DNA of 64,000 nt from the human T2T-CHM13v2.0 reference genome, Homo sapiens, in assembly GCF_009914755.1 (NCBI RefSeq), contig NC_060927.1. One strand, written 5' to 3'. A program made the translations under genes and the position numbers. The notes beneath the pieces are model-generated. The model had not been told where the DNA came from. It did no database searches and saw only the letters and a program-made list of their open reading frames with translations. Positions 1 through 14,361 of the stretch are shown piece after piece. The stretch's first letter is position 1; each line of letters starts with the position of its first letter.

Positions 1-140
1 GTCCCATCATTGGGGCCTCTTCATGCTAGCATTATCTCATTTTAATTATCTTACAAAGGCGTCACCTCCAAACAACGTATCAGTTTGGGGATTTAAGTTT
101 CCAACACTTGACGTTTGAAGGAAACATTCAAAGCATAGCA
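1..140 (-). mobile_element. MaLR LTR fragment (MLT1A/MST-like), cut by the window edge
   Basis: Ends ...aaacattcaaagcatagca, the reverse complement of the TGCTATG start of MLT1A/MST LTRs. Confidence 0.6.
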
Positions 141-689
141 TCAAGAAACATTTAGACTTGACTCAGTAGGTAATTGGGTATTAAATTATTAAGAGGTTAG
201 TGACATGATTGCTAATTGCATTTTGGCAGATTAGTCTGGCCTTAGGTAGGAGGGTCTAAGAAGAAAAATAGATCTGAACAATGAAACTGACTACAAAGCT
301 TTTGCAAATATCAGAGAGAGTAAGGGTCTGGACTAAGATCAGGAAGTTTAAAAAAATTTCTGTAGAATAAATGAAAGCATTTGAGCATTTGAAAGAGGGT
401 ATTAGGTGTTGAATTCTTTTTTTAAATGTTTTGGTTTCAAAACACTAAATTTTTAAAGCATATATTTACTATATATGTCTAATAGATCAGTTTTGATGAT
501 ATTTTCTCATTCTTAATCTGGCACTTCCTAAAACAAATAAGAAGGTAGAACCTGCTAAGGACATTCTGATTCACTTTTCTCTCAACATATGCAAGCTTTA
601 GCTCTTATTTCAATTCACTTTTAATTCATTAATTTATATTACATGATATTATCAAATGTCTTGCTAGTAAATTTGAACTGGTTATTCAT

Positions 690-902
690 ATATAGGTGTC
701 ACTTAATGATGAAGATACATTCTGAGGCATGAACAATCTGGCAGTTTTGTCACTGTGTGAATATCATAGAGTATTTGTGTATCCAAACATATCCAGTCCT
801 ATAAAAGGTACAGTAAAAATACAGTAGTACAATCTTATGGGACTATCATTGCATATGTGGTGCATCATTGATGAAAACATTGTTATATGGTATGTAATTA
901 TA
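690..902 (+). mobile_element. Tigger3a/MER7-like DNA transposon, internally deleted
   Basis: acttaatgatgaagatacattctgag near the 5' end; aaaaggtacagtaaaaatacagtagtacaatcttatgggac near the 3' end. Confidence 0.75.
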
Positions 903-1564
903 ATTGAGTTTAACCATATGATATTTTAATAGTATGTATTTTTATTATTAGGTTACTCTAAATGTGTTTAACAGAGTGCTTCCTTTTTTTGTAATGATAA
1001 AGCTAAAACACAATTCTTATACATGATGAGTATAGTTTGAGAAACAAAGAATAAATAAAACTTTTTAATATAGTTATTTTCTGTACTTAAAAGTAGAAAT
1101 TTCCCTAAGATAGTTTGAGTGTCCTACTTCTAATAATATTTATTCAGGTGTAAAGACTTGGTGGAAATCTATCTGTGAAGAGTGGATAATTAAAATTTAA
1201 GATTAAACTAGATGTCCAATGAGATGAAAGCCAAATCATTATTATGTTTTGGCATAATCAGGGATGATAAGTTTGTGAGAGATGGATTTCCAAGGTTAGC
1301 AGAAATGTGTTTCTCTACATTTCAATAATCTGTCCTGCACTTAAGTTTATAATTTAGTTAATGTCCAGCAATTATGCTTTATTTTACTGTATCATATTAA
1401 GATTGGATTCAAAAGTATATGTAATATTCCCAACCATTCTACCAATTAACACTAATAGGTTAAAATGACAATTATACTCTTTTCATAACCACATCTATTT
1501 GATTTGATAAGAAAATGCTAACATCTGGAATTTTGCCATAATCATGTTTTAGCCTATTGATCAC

Positions 1565-1874
1565 TGTCTTAGTAAGCTTGGGATGCCATAAATGTAGTAG
1601 CTTAAACACCATAAATTTATTTTCTCACAGTTCTTGAGGCTGGAAGTCTTTCTGTGTAACCGCATAGTAGAGAGAGAGTGAGCAACAGAGAATGTGCACA
1701 AGCAAGCTCTAGTGTCTCTTCCTATAAAGGCACTAATCTTAACCTGAGGGCACCACTGTCATGAACTCATCTAAGCCTAATTATCTACCAAAGGACTCAT
1801 CTCCAAAAATCATCACATTGAGGGTTATGGCCCCAACATATGAATTTGCGGGGGACACAATTTTCTCCATAACA
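1565..1874 (-). mobile_element. MLT1A/MLT1A0 LTR
   Basis: tgtcttagt...tttattttctcacagttcttgaggctggaagtc...caacatatgaatttgcgggggacacaat...ataaca. Confidence 0.8.
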
Positions 1875-2140
1875 TTCTGCCCTCAGGCCCCCTCAAATTT
1901 ATTTTATTCTCACTTACCAAATACATTCATTTCATCCCAATAGGTACAAGAGTGTAAATTCATTTCACCATTGACTCTAGAGTCCAAATGTGGAAGTCTC
2001 ATCTAAGTATAACCTAAATCAGATGTGAATGAGAATTGAGGTATGATTTATCCTGAGACAAAATTTACCTACAGCTGTGAACCTGTGAAACCAGAAACGC
2101 ACATGCTTCCAAAATGTAAAGACGGAACAACCATAAACAG
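1875..2140 (-). mobile_element. MLT1A-int 3' internal fragment
   Basis: Directly abuts the LTR; MaLR-int motifs aaatacattcatttcatcccaatag and cagctgtgaacctgtgaaacc. Confidence 0.7.
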
Positions 2141-3515
2141 TCCATTTTCCAGGAAGATCAGCTGGCTATTTTGTCACAGGGTGAGCCATTTCCATCATAA
2201 AAAAAGAGAGCATTTTGTTCTTACTACAAAAGACAATTACTCTGAATATGGATTTGTCTTACTTGTGCAAATTGCTTCTGCCAAACCTGTTATCTGTGGA
2301 CTTATAGAATTGGCCATCATGGAATTTTGCCCAGCATTACTTCTGATCAGGGAACTCACTTAACAGCAAAATACTTTTGGCAATGGGCAAATGTTTATTG
2401 AATTTAGAGGTTTTTACAATGTTGCCCACCGTACTGATGCAGCTCGATTGATAGAGTGGTGGAAGTCTTTTGAAGACTCATTTACAGGACCAGATAAGTG
2501 GCAATAACTTGCATGTCTACAACAACGTTATGCAGAAGGCAGTATATCCTCTGAATCAGTGTCCAATATATGGTATTGTTTCTCTAACAGCCACAATTTA
2601 TTTGTCCAAGAATTGAGGGCTCAAAATGGAAGTGGCACCATTCATTACTACCCTTAATGGTCCATTAATAATTTTTTTTTCTGTTTCCACTTTCTTAGTT
2701 GGCCCAAAGTCTTATTTCCAAGGAGAGAAATGCTTTCACCAGGAGATTCAACAATGATTTCACTGAACTGGACATTAAGGCTACTGCCCAGGTGCTTTGA
2801 AGTCCTCATGCCTCTGAATCAACAGGGAGAAAAGGCAGTTACTCTGCTGGCTGGAGTGAGTGATCCTGACTACCAAGGGAAAACTGGATGACTACTCCAC
2901 AGTAAGGAAGAATACAGCAGATCCCTTACACAATCTCTTAGTATTACTGTGTCCTGTGATTAAGGTCAGTGGAAAATTAAAACAACCCATTCCAGTCAGG
3001 ACTAATTGTCCAGACTCTTCAGGAATGAAGTTTGTGTCACTTCACCGAGCAGAAAATACAACCAGCTAAGGTGCTTGCTGAAGATAAAGGGAACACAAAA
3101 TGGGAGGTGCAAAAAAAGTAGTTATAAATACCAGCTATGACAGCATGACCAGCTACAGAAATGAAGACTGTAATTGTCCTAAGTATTCCTTCTTATTTTG
3201 TGGTGTGTGTGTATGTTAAGCAAATTGCTTTGTTTTCTTCCCTCTCTTGTTTCCCTGTTGTGGAACGTAAGAAGCACTGACTCATAGTATTTAAAAATTG
3301 CTAATTTTACATTATGGTATTTGAGTTATGGAATATCAGGGACAAGAGTAAATATCCTTCAAGAATTTTACTCCTCTTCAGAAGAAGTTTGTTTTTATGT
3401 GTACATGGGATAGCTGTATTATGTAGGTGCAATTGTGCCCTTGTTATTCCTTCTATGAAAAGATTAAATATGGTTTGAGGAGAGGCATGGTTACCAGGTT
3501 GACAAAGATTGAACT
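2141..3515 (+). mobile_element. pol: ERVL internal remnant: decayed integrase followed by dUTPase and 3' region
   Basis: ORF 2043-2363 HFVLTTKDNYSEYGF..ASAK..ICGL resembles ERVL integrase; SDQGTH-like core near 2340; dUTPase-like AGVSDPDYQG near 2850. Confidence 0.85.
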
Positions 3516-4030
3516 TACAATGGTTAATTTTATGTATAAACTTATTATACATAAAGTCTTGGGTTACTCAGGTATTTGGTTACACATTATGCTGGATGTG
3601 TCTGTGAGAGTATTTTTGAATAAGATTAACATTTGAATTGGTAGACTAAGAAAAGCAGATGCTTTCCCCAGTGAGTGGGCCTCATCCAATCTGTTGAAGA
3701 CCTAGATAACAAAAAAAAAAAAAATGGCTGAATGAGAGACAACTCTTTTTCTGCCTGACTGTGTTGAAGATAGGACATTGGTCTCCTCCTAACTTTGGAC
3801 TCAGAATCAGAGTTTGCATATTTAGCTTTCTTGGTTCCTAAGCCTTTGGACTGTAACTGAAACTAGAATATTGGCACTCCTGGTCTTTAGTTTACTGAGC
3901 GCAGATCTTGGGGCATCTCATCATCCATAGTTTCATGAGTCAATTCCTTATAATAAATATATAATAACATATTATTTATAAGTGTTTTACATTACATTTT
4001 GTTGGTTTTGTTTCTCTGGAGAACCTAAAC
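3516..4030 (+). mobile_element. MLT2 LTR (3' LTR of the ERVL)
   Basis: atggttaattttatgt...gattaacatttgaattggtagact...ctcatccaatctgttgaag...tttctctggagaacc. Confidence 0.85.
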
Positions 4031-4404
4031 TGGGTCTCCACTCACTAAATTCTATCATTACAGGAACATGGACATAATGTTTCTGCTTTTCAGATTGAAG
4101 TTAATCTATGGATCAGCCTTTCTGTAACACTTAAACACCTCATTTTAAACATTTGCAAAGGTATTTTAAATTCTGCTTACACCCTTGACCTATGAACTAA
4201 AATTTGGAACTAAAGATATGTAGAAAAAATAAATAGAAAAGAAAACAGGAGTGTTATAATTCATTTTTTTATTTTTATTTTTGGTCCTTGTCAAACAGCA
4301 AGCCTATGAATATATCCATTTTTTTAATTGTACAAATGTATGGGGTAAAGTGTGATGTTTCAATGTATGTATGCATTGTAAAATGATCAAATCATAATAA
4401 TTAG

Positions 4405-4728
<324 letters not shown>

Positions 4729-7700
4729 AACATTTATAATTTATTTGTGGTGATAACCTTTCTTCTAATTATCTAAAAATATGTAGTGCATTCTTATTAG
4801 CTTTATTTAGTTTACTGTGTAGTACAGTATCAGAACATATTATTTCTCTGAAACTGTAAATTTGCACCTGTTGGCCAACCTGTTCATATCACTTTACCCC
4901 TTACACTGCCCAGCCTCTGTTAACCACTATTTACTCTGCTTTTATGAGACATACTTTTTTAGATTCTACACAGAAGAACCAGCAATGTTTGTCCTTGGGT
5001 GCCTGGCTTATTCCAGGTTTACCCATGTTGCTGCAAATGACAGAATTTCATTTTGGTTTATGACTTAATAGTATTGGGTACACAAATACACATATAAACA
5101 CACACACATATCACATTTTCTTTATCCATTTACCCATAGATAGGCAGAGGTTGATGCCATATCTTGGCTATTGTGGATAGCATGGCAATAAACATGTAGG
5201 TGCAGACATCTCATCGCATACTTTCATATACTTTGGATATACACCCAGTAATGGGATTGCTGGATCATATGGTAGTCCTATTTTTAATTTTTTAACCTCC
5301 ATACTGCTTTTCATAATGGCTTTACTAGTATACATTTTCATCATCAGTGTGTAACAATTCTTTCTTCACATCTTCACCAGCATGTGTTATGTCTCGTCTT
5401 TTCGATACTAGTCATTCTAACTGGGGTGAGGTGATATCTCATTGTGGTTTTGATTTACATTTTCCTGATGATTAGAGTTGTTGAACACTTTTTCATACAC
5501 TCGCTGGATATTTATATGTCTTCTTTTGAGAAATATCCGGTCCCTTTTGCTCACATTTTTAACTGCATTATTTTTTTCTAAGTTGTTTGAATTATTTATA
5601 TATTTCTGATATTAATTTTTTGTCAGATAGATAGTTTGCAAATATTTTATTTCATTCTGCAGGTTATTTCTTCACTTTATTAACAGTTTTCTTTGCTATG
5701 CAGAAACTGTTTAGCTTGATCAAATTTCTTTTGTGTATTTTTTATTTTGTCGCCTGTGCTCATGAGCTATTACCCCAGAAAATCTTTGCCCAGACCAATG
5801 TCCTATAATATTTATTCAATGTTTTCTTCCAAGTAGTTTTATAGTTTCAGGTTATACATTTAAATCTCTAATCAATTTTGAGATGATTTTTGTATATGGT
5901 GAAAGACAGGAATCTGGTTTCATTCTTCTACCTATGGATATCTAGTTATCTCAGTACCGTTTATTAAAGAGGTTGTCCTTTCCCTATTGTATATTCTTGG
6001 CATGTATGTCAAGAATGAGTTGGCTATAAGTGCGTGGATTTACTTCTGAGCTCTCTGCTTTATTCCTTTAGTCTATGAATCTGTTTTTATGCCAGCACCA
6101 TGCTTTTTTAATTACTTTAACTTTGCAGTACATTTTGGATTTAGGTAGTGTGATTCCTTCAGCTTTGTTATTTTTGCTCAGGATTGTTTAGCTATTCAGG
6201 GTCTTTTGTGGTTCCATATAAATTTTAGCATTATGTTTTTCTATTTCTGTGAAGAATGTCATTGATATTTTTATAGGGGCTACATTGAATCTGTAGATCA
6301 CTTTAGGTACTGTAGACATTTTAACAATATTAATTTTTCTAATCCATGAGCTTGGGATAGCTTTTCATTTTTGTGTGTGTCCTCTTCAATTTCTTTCATC
6401 AGTGTCTTATAGATTTTCTTGTGAGACTTTTTACTTCCTTTTACATTTATTTATTGGTATTCTACTTATTTTGTAGCTTTTGAAATGAGATTGCTTTCTT
6501 GAATATTTTTTCAAACTGAATGTGTCAGCATATAGAAATGCAACTGATATTTGTCTGTTGATTTTATATCTTGCAACTTTACTGAATTCATTCATCAATT
6601 CTAAGAGATTTTTGGTTTGGTCTTTAGGTTTTTCTCAATATAAGATCATGTCACCTACAGACAAGAATAACTTGACTTCTTCCTTTCCTATTGTCCTATC
6701 GGGATATCCTTTCTTTCTTTCTCTTGGCTAATTGCTCTGGCTAGGTCTTCCAGTAATATGTCAAATAAAAGTGGAAAAGTGGGCATTTTTGTCTTGTTCC
6801 AGATCTTAGTGGGGAGGTTTTCAATTTTTCCTTATTGAGTATGATATTAGCTGCGTGCTTGTCATACATGACAATTATTATGTTAAGGTATATTACTTCT
6901 ATACTTGTTGAGAGTTTTTATCACGAATGGCTGTTGAGTTTTATCAAATTTTTTTCAACCCCTATTGAAATGATCATATGTTTTTTGTCCTTCATTCTGT
7001 TGATATAATGTATAATGTTTATTAATTTGTGTATATTGAATTATTCTGGTATTCCTGGAATTAATTCCATCTGATCATGATGAATGATTTTTTAATTTAT
7101 TACCGAATTCTGTTTGTTAATATTTTGTGAAAGGTTTTTGCATCTGTGTTCATCAGAGATATTGTCCTTTAGTTTTCTTTGGTGGTTGTCGTCAATGTTG
7201 ATTTTGTTTCTTTGTCTAGTTTTGGTATTAGGATAATGCTGACCTCATTTGCATGAAAAAAGATACTCCATGTAAATAGACACTGGAAACCAAAAAAAGA
7301 GTTGGAATGGTCAGCTGCAGAATCCATGAGGCTGCTCATGTTACCCCGTAATCCCATACAGCACAGAATAGTGAAACTTCTTTCACTTGAGGGAAAAAAG
7401 AATTGAGTGAGAAATGAATTTAGAAATATTTCCTTTTATTCCTTTTTTTGGGAAGAGTTTTGTAGAATTGCTATAAATTATTTAAATGTTTGGTACAATT
7501 CAGCAGTGAAACCATCAGATCCTGGAGTTATCTTGGATGGAAAAAATTTTGTTATTGTTTTGATCTGTTACTCATTATTGGTTTGTTCAGCCTTTTCATT
7601 TCTACATGATTTAATCATAGTAAGGTGTATATGTTAAGGAACTTATGATTTCTTCTAGGTTTTCCAATTTCTTTGCATATATTTGTTCATAATAGTTACA

Positions 7701-8208
7701 TGATCCTTTATATTTCTGTGATATCAGTTGGAATGTTTCTTTTTGTGTGTCTGATTTTAGTTATTTGAAGCTTCTCTCTTTTTCATAGTCTAGCTAAAAG
7801 TATATACATTTGTTTATTCTTTCAAAAAAACATCTGTTTCATTGATCATTGTAATTTTTTAGTCTATTTCATTTATTTGTTTTTAATTTTTTTTCTTTTA
7901 CTTATTTTGGGTTTCGATTGTTCTTCTGGTTCATGAGGTATAATGTCAAGATGTTTATTTGAGGCCTTTTTTTACAGGAGCCTTTATTGCTATAGATGTC
8001 CCTCTTCAAACTGCTTTTGCCGTACCCCATAGTTTTCAGTATGTTGTGTTTCCATTTTCATTTGCTTCATGAAATCTTTAAATTTCCCATTTAATTTTGA
8101 ATTGCTTCATTAGCTGCTCATGAGTATGTTGTTTAATTACTACATATTTGTACAGTTTCCAAAGCTCCCCTTGTTATGCAGTTCTTGTTTTATTCTATTG
8201 CTGTCTGA

Positions 8209-8535
<327 letters not shown>

Positions 8536-8694
8536 ACCTTTGTTTTTTAAAAAAATGTGTTAAGTCTTGTTTTGTGGCCTAACATGTGGCCTATCTTGAA
8601 GCATGTTCCATGTGCTGTTAAGAACAATGTCTCTACTGCAGCCATTAGGTGAATGTTTTTTAAATGTCTGTTAGGTCTGTTTGGTCTAGAGTAA

Positions 8695-9367
<673 letters not shown>

Positions 9368-9671
9368 CTCTGTGTGTCTTTATAGGTGAAGTAATTTTGT
9401 TGTAGACAGCATGTAGCTGAGTCTTGTTTAATTTTTTAATCATTCAGCCACTCTGTCTTTTAATTAAATAATTTAGTTCATTTACATTCAAGTTTATATT
9501 GAACAGGACTTACTGCTACAATTTTGTTATTTGTTTTCTGGCTGATTTGTAACTCCTTTATTTATTTATTTTTCTTTCTTACTGTCTTCCTTTGTGATTA
9601 AGTGATTTTCTTTGGAAGTATGTTTTAACTGTTTGCTCTTTTGATGCTATTCTATAATCTCACAATCTGTC

Positions 9672-10028
9672 TGGTATGGTTTGGCTCAAATCTCATCTTG
9701 AATTGTAACTCCCACAATTCCCATGTGTCATAGGAGGAACCTGGTAGGAGGTAATTGAATCATGAGAGGGAGTCTTTCCTGTGCTGTTGCTGTGATAGTG
9801 GATAAGTCTCACAAGATCTGATGGTTTTAAAAATGGGAGTTTCCCTGAACAAGCTCTCTCTTTGCCTGCCACCATCCACATAAGATGTGACTTGCTCCTC
9901 CTTGCCTTCCACCATGATTGTGAGACCTCCCCAGCCATGAGGAACTGTAAGCCATTAAAAATCTTTCTTTTGTAAATTGCCCAGTCTCAGGTACGTCTTT
10001 ATCAGCAGCGTGAAAACAGACTAATAAA
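9672..10028 (+). mobile_element. THE1 (THE1C-like) solo LTR
   Basis: Full THE1 LTR motifs; perfect 5-bp TSD CTGTC at 9667-9671 and 10029-10033. Confidence 0.92.
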
Positions 10029-11754
10029 CTGTCTTTATTATTTTGACTTTTTTCATCCTCTTACTAGTGTTTGTTAATAGCCTGTCTTCAAGCTCACTGA
10101 TTCCTTGTTGTGCTTAAATCAACTCTGCTTTCAAAATCCTCTAATGCATTTTTCACTTTGTTCATTGTATTTGTTCAGCTTCAGGATTTCTGATTTATTT
10201 TTAAAATTATTTCCATCTCTTTGTTAAAATTTTCTTATACATTTCTGAATTATTTCTCTGTGTAGTATTAAAGTTTGTTGTGTTTTCTCAAGACAGCTAT
10301 TTTGAATTTTTTGTCTGAGAGATCACATATTTCCATCTCTCCAGGGTCAGTCACTGGCATCTTATTTAGTTTACTTTGTAAGCTCATGTTTCTCTGAATG
10401 TTCTTGATGCCTTTGAATGTATGTCAATGTCTGAACATTGAAGAATTAGGTATTTATTCCAGTCTTTGTGGTCTTGTTTTGTTTGTGCCTGTTCTTCTTC
10501 AGACGACCTTTCTGGAATTCATAGTGGACTAACTATTGAGTTCACCAAGCCTGTCATCACTGCAGGCACTTTAGCACTAAAGGGTGCCCTGTGCCTGAGT
10601 TTGCCACAACTTTCTCACAAGCTCTAAGATCCCTGGCCTTTATAGACCTGGAGAAGACTAAGGAATGTTCTCTGGGTTCTCATCCAAAGTTTCTCACTCA
10701 ATTCCTTCTTCCTTCAAGTGGAAGGAGTCTTTTTATATGCTGTGATGTATGGGATTGAGGAAGGGGTAATATGAGTAATCTTGTGTATTCTGCAGCTGAC
10801 AACTTGCTAGTTTACCTGAAGCCCATAGCTTCCCAGACCTGTGCAGCACTTGGGATCATGCCCAAGGCCCATGGCCACTACCATCTGCCTGCTGCTGAAA
10901 TTTATTTGGTGCTCAAGGCCACTTTACTCAGTCAACTATGAAGTAGGATAAGACTCAGGTTCATCCTGCCAAGGCAGTAGATACCCTCTTGGCCTGGGGC
11001 AGTTATATAGAAGCCTCATTTGCAGGCATTGATTTGGAATCAGAGTCCCCAAGTTTCTGCTCAGTACTGTGTTTTACTCTGACAGGGCTGGTACTGGATG
11101 TCAAGGAAAATCTCATGCACACTTTCCTCTCCTTTCCACAAGGAAATTGAGTCTATCTTCCCCCTTCATTGCTTGGATATAGGGGGAGGTGTGGTATAGA
11201 CAATGCAAGACTATATGCCCTCCCTAACCTCTTTAATGAATTTTTTGTTGTCGTGCTACAACAAGGTACTATGATTTCTGATCTACTTAGCTCTTGCGAA
11301 GGTACTTTTCTTGTGTAGATAGTTCTTCACACTGATGTTTCTATGTTGGTAAAATCACTGAAGTGTTCTATTCTGCCATTTTGCTCCACCTCCTTAGAAT
11401 ACTGTATTGATAAAAACTAAACACTAGGGATATAATGATTTTATAGGCTCAAATAAAAAATGAAGAGAAGTGAAGGTAAAATGTAACATTACAATTTAGG
11501 AAGTCATAGATAATTATTAAATGAATAGTTGTGATAAACAGGTTAGAAAAAAATGTCAGATTGAATGAAATTGAGAAATTAGTTTCATTCACTTACTATT
11601 TCATTTGCTCCTTTAAAACTGTTTAATATTTGTATGTGTCAGGGACTATTCTAAATATGGATATTAAAGTATATATGGCAGTTATGCTCTGAGCTGTACA
11701 GAGAGTACACTCAACAGTGAGGCCAGATTAAACAAACACAGTGATTAAGACATT

Positions 11755-11819
11755 AATTTAAATACTGATAACCACTATGAAAGGCCTTAGAATTTTAATA
11801 TTGATAACCACTATGAAAG
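11755..11819. repeat. Two-copy direct repeat, period 36 bp
   Basis: aatttaaatactgataaccactatgaaag / aattttaatattgataaccactatgaaag. Confidence 0.85.
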
Positions 11820-11988
11820 CTTAATGGGCATGCAACATATATAATCACACAGGGACCTGTGTCTATAAGGACCTTGTACTTGGTTTAATGTTCTGCTCTC
11901 ACTGTCTTATAATTCTTAAGTTTTTTTGAACAGTTGGCCTCAAATGTTTATTTTTTACTTCACTCTGAAAATTATGTAACCACTAATG
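11815..11988 (+). mobile_element. MER91A-like hAT DNA transposon within an L2-like remnant
   Basis: atgggcatgcaac..cacacagggacc..cttggtttaatgttctgct..aattcttaa..tttgaaca..aaattatgta. Confidence 0.7.
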
Positions 11989-13749
11989 CAGATGTTGAAG
12001 TGTAGAAGACGAGGTGAGACAGCTGACAGGGTCTAGCACATGTATGATAAATTGGTATAATAATAAGTTATATTTTAATACATGTGAAATGGGCATCCAC
12101 TAGGATGATTAAAAAGAAGAGAATACAATTACCATTTAGGCTTTAAGTATCATAATCCAATTATGAGAAATATTTATTGTTATTGTAAGTTTTATTTCCA
12201 GATAAACATATTCAACGTTTATTGGAAATTTTGACAGTACCATCAGAAAAGGAGATATTTCAGAATTAAGTGAGAGCGAAAGATTACCTAATCTTAAACA
12301 ATTTCCTTCCTTATTTACTATCTGTCATCAATTTCAGAATCTTTTGTGTAGACCACTCACATCCTTGAATACTTCATTTTCAAGATTACATTCTAGACAA
12401 AATAAGTTCCATGCACACAATCAATTGATAAGATGAAAATATGTACTCCTTAGTCCTCCCAGGAACTGGTACTGTACATCCTAATATAAGATCCAGATTC
12501 CTTTATCATGATTTTGTTTCCTTTTGAAATGATTTATCAGCATAATTTATAAGTAGGGATGAATGAAACCAAAGTAGTTAATGTTCATTAGGTATAGATG
12601 GCCCTTCATTTAATTAGATTATCTGAATCTGTTCCAAAACATCGTTAACTTTTAAATTTTAGTCATCATATTCCTTAATGTGGCCACATTATTCATTTTA
12701 ACCATCATAGATGTCATATTTCTTTTGAATTTAAAAAATCTTGTCTCTAGTCCCAGTACAATAAAGAAGATGTAGACAATTGTATATAAAAACTACAATT
12801 AATTCTTTAAAACATAATTTTCAGACAATGGTAATTAGTTAAAAAATAGTGTTTCATTATAGAGCAAAGGAATTTTCTAGTTACTTCTTTTATTTAATCG
12901 GATTCATTCACTCCTAGTAATAGCTCAAGCAAAGAAAATATGCAGCATTCTACTTCCAAGAAGAGTAAAGGGCCCTTACATTTTGTCGTAAACTTAAAAA
13001 AAAGAAGTCTCAATATATAGGAGGTCAAGTTTGGAATTCATCATATTTTTGAAATTGTATTAAATGTCATGGAAACTCACAAGTTAGGCTGGAGAAATAG
13101 ATATTTCCTTTTCTTGATCATATTTTACTCTTGATAATTCTTTTAGTTCAAAATGAGTATAACGTGACACTATAATTGTATTTTATGTTCTTGACACAAA
13201 CAGAGGAATTTTATGATTTGATAATTTGACAGAAGAACAGCTCTTATAATAATTCGATTTTAATATTAACCTGATCTGCTAAACCAAAAAATGAGAGATC
13301 AAATTATTAATTTATGTTTAAACAATCTAACATCTTTTAGATTCAATTTTTATTATTTATCTATAGGTATAAAAACACTACGTGTTCCAACAGGTTAAAG
13401 ACAAGTCTCAGCTTTACTCATATGATTTTCGTATGAGTATATATCTCCTGTTCTCATAAGAAATGCATTCCATAAGAAAAGGAACAGCATTTTTTAGTGT
13501 TAATATAATTCTGTTAGACATTCTGAACACTTTAACATAGCTGTGGTCAGCATAATCCACATGAAATATGATTGGACACAAATGGCTTCATGCCTGAACT
13601 CCAAATTTTCCTGGTTCTTTCTTTCATTGTAAACTTTCAGGCACGTTGGACCTTCTAATATTTGTCCAAGGAATCTAGACAATGTAGGCAATCTGGAGAC
13701 AGAGAATTGACAGGAGACTAGGCCAGTGCACCTCATGAATGAAGCATCA

Positions 13750-13865
13750 TGCAATAGAAAGAACATGAATGTTGTAGTCAGGCAGATTCTAGCTTCAAGA
13801 ATTACAGACTGAGTTGCAAGTCAGTTCAACTCTATGAGTTTTAGTTTCCTGTATATAAAACTGGG
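13750..13865 (+). mobile_element. MIR fragment
   Basis: gcaagtcagttcaactctatgagttttagtttcctgtatataaaactggg resembles the MIR core. Confidence 0.55.
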
Positions 13866-13879
13866 ACCACCCTGAAGAA

Positions 13880-14361
13880 AGCACAATAATGAACCACTAC
13901 AGACATTCATGTCCTAATCCCCAGAACTATGGATATATTACTTTACATGGCAAAATAAATTTGTCAGAAGATTTTGAGAGGGGGAAATTACCCTGGATTA
14001 TCTGATGGGAACAATTGTAAATCACAAGAGTCCTCCTTTTAAGTGAAAGAGGTACGCAAAAGAGGCAGAGTCAGAGAGAGAGATGTGACAATGGAAACAG
14101 AAATTGGAGTGATTTGTCCTGGCATTGCTAACTGTAAAGATGCAGCAAAACCACGTGTTGAAGAACGTGGGTGGCCTATAAAAGCTGAAAAATGAAAGAA
14201 ATGGTTCTTTCCTAGAGCCTCCAGGAGGAGTACAGCCCTGAAAAAATACCTTGATTTTAGCCAAGATCCATTTCATACTTCGACCTCCAGAACTGTAAGA
14301 CAATAAATTTGCAAGCCATAGATTTGTGCTGATGTTTTAGCAGTAATAGGAAATTAACATA
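13880..14361 (+). mobile_element. MLT1D-like LTR
   Basis: catgtcctaatccccagaac..ttactttacatggcaaaa..cctagagcctccaggaggagtacagccctg..gacctccagaactgtaaga. Confidence 0.8.
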
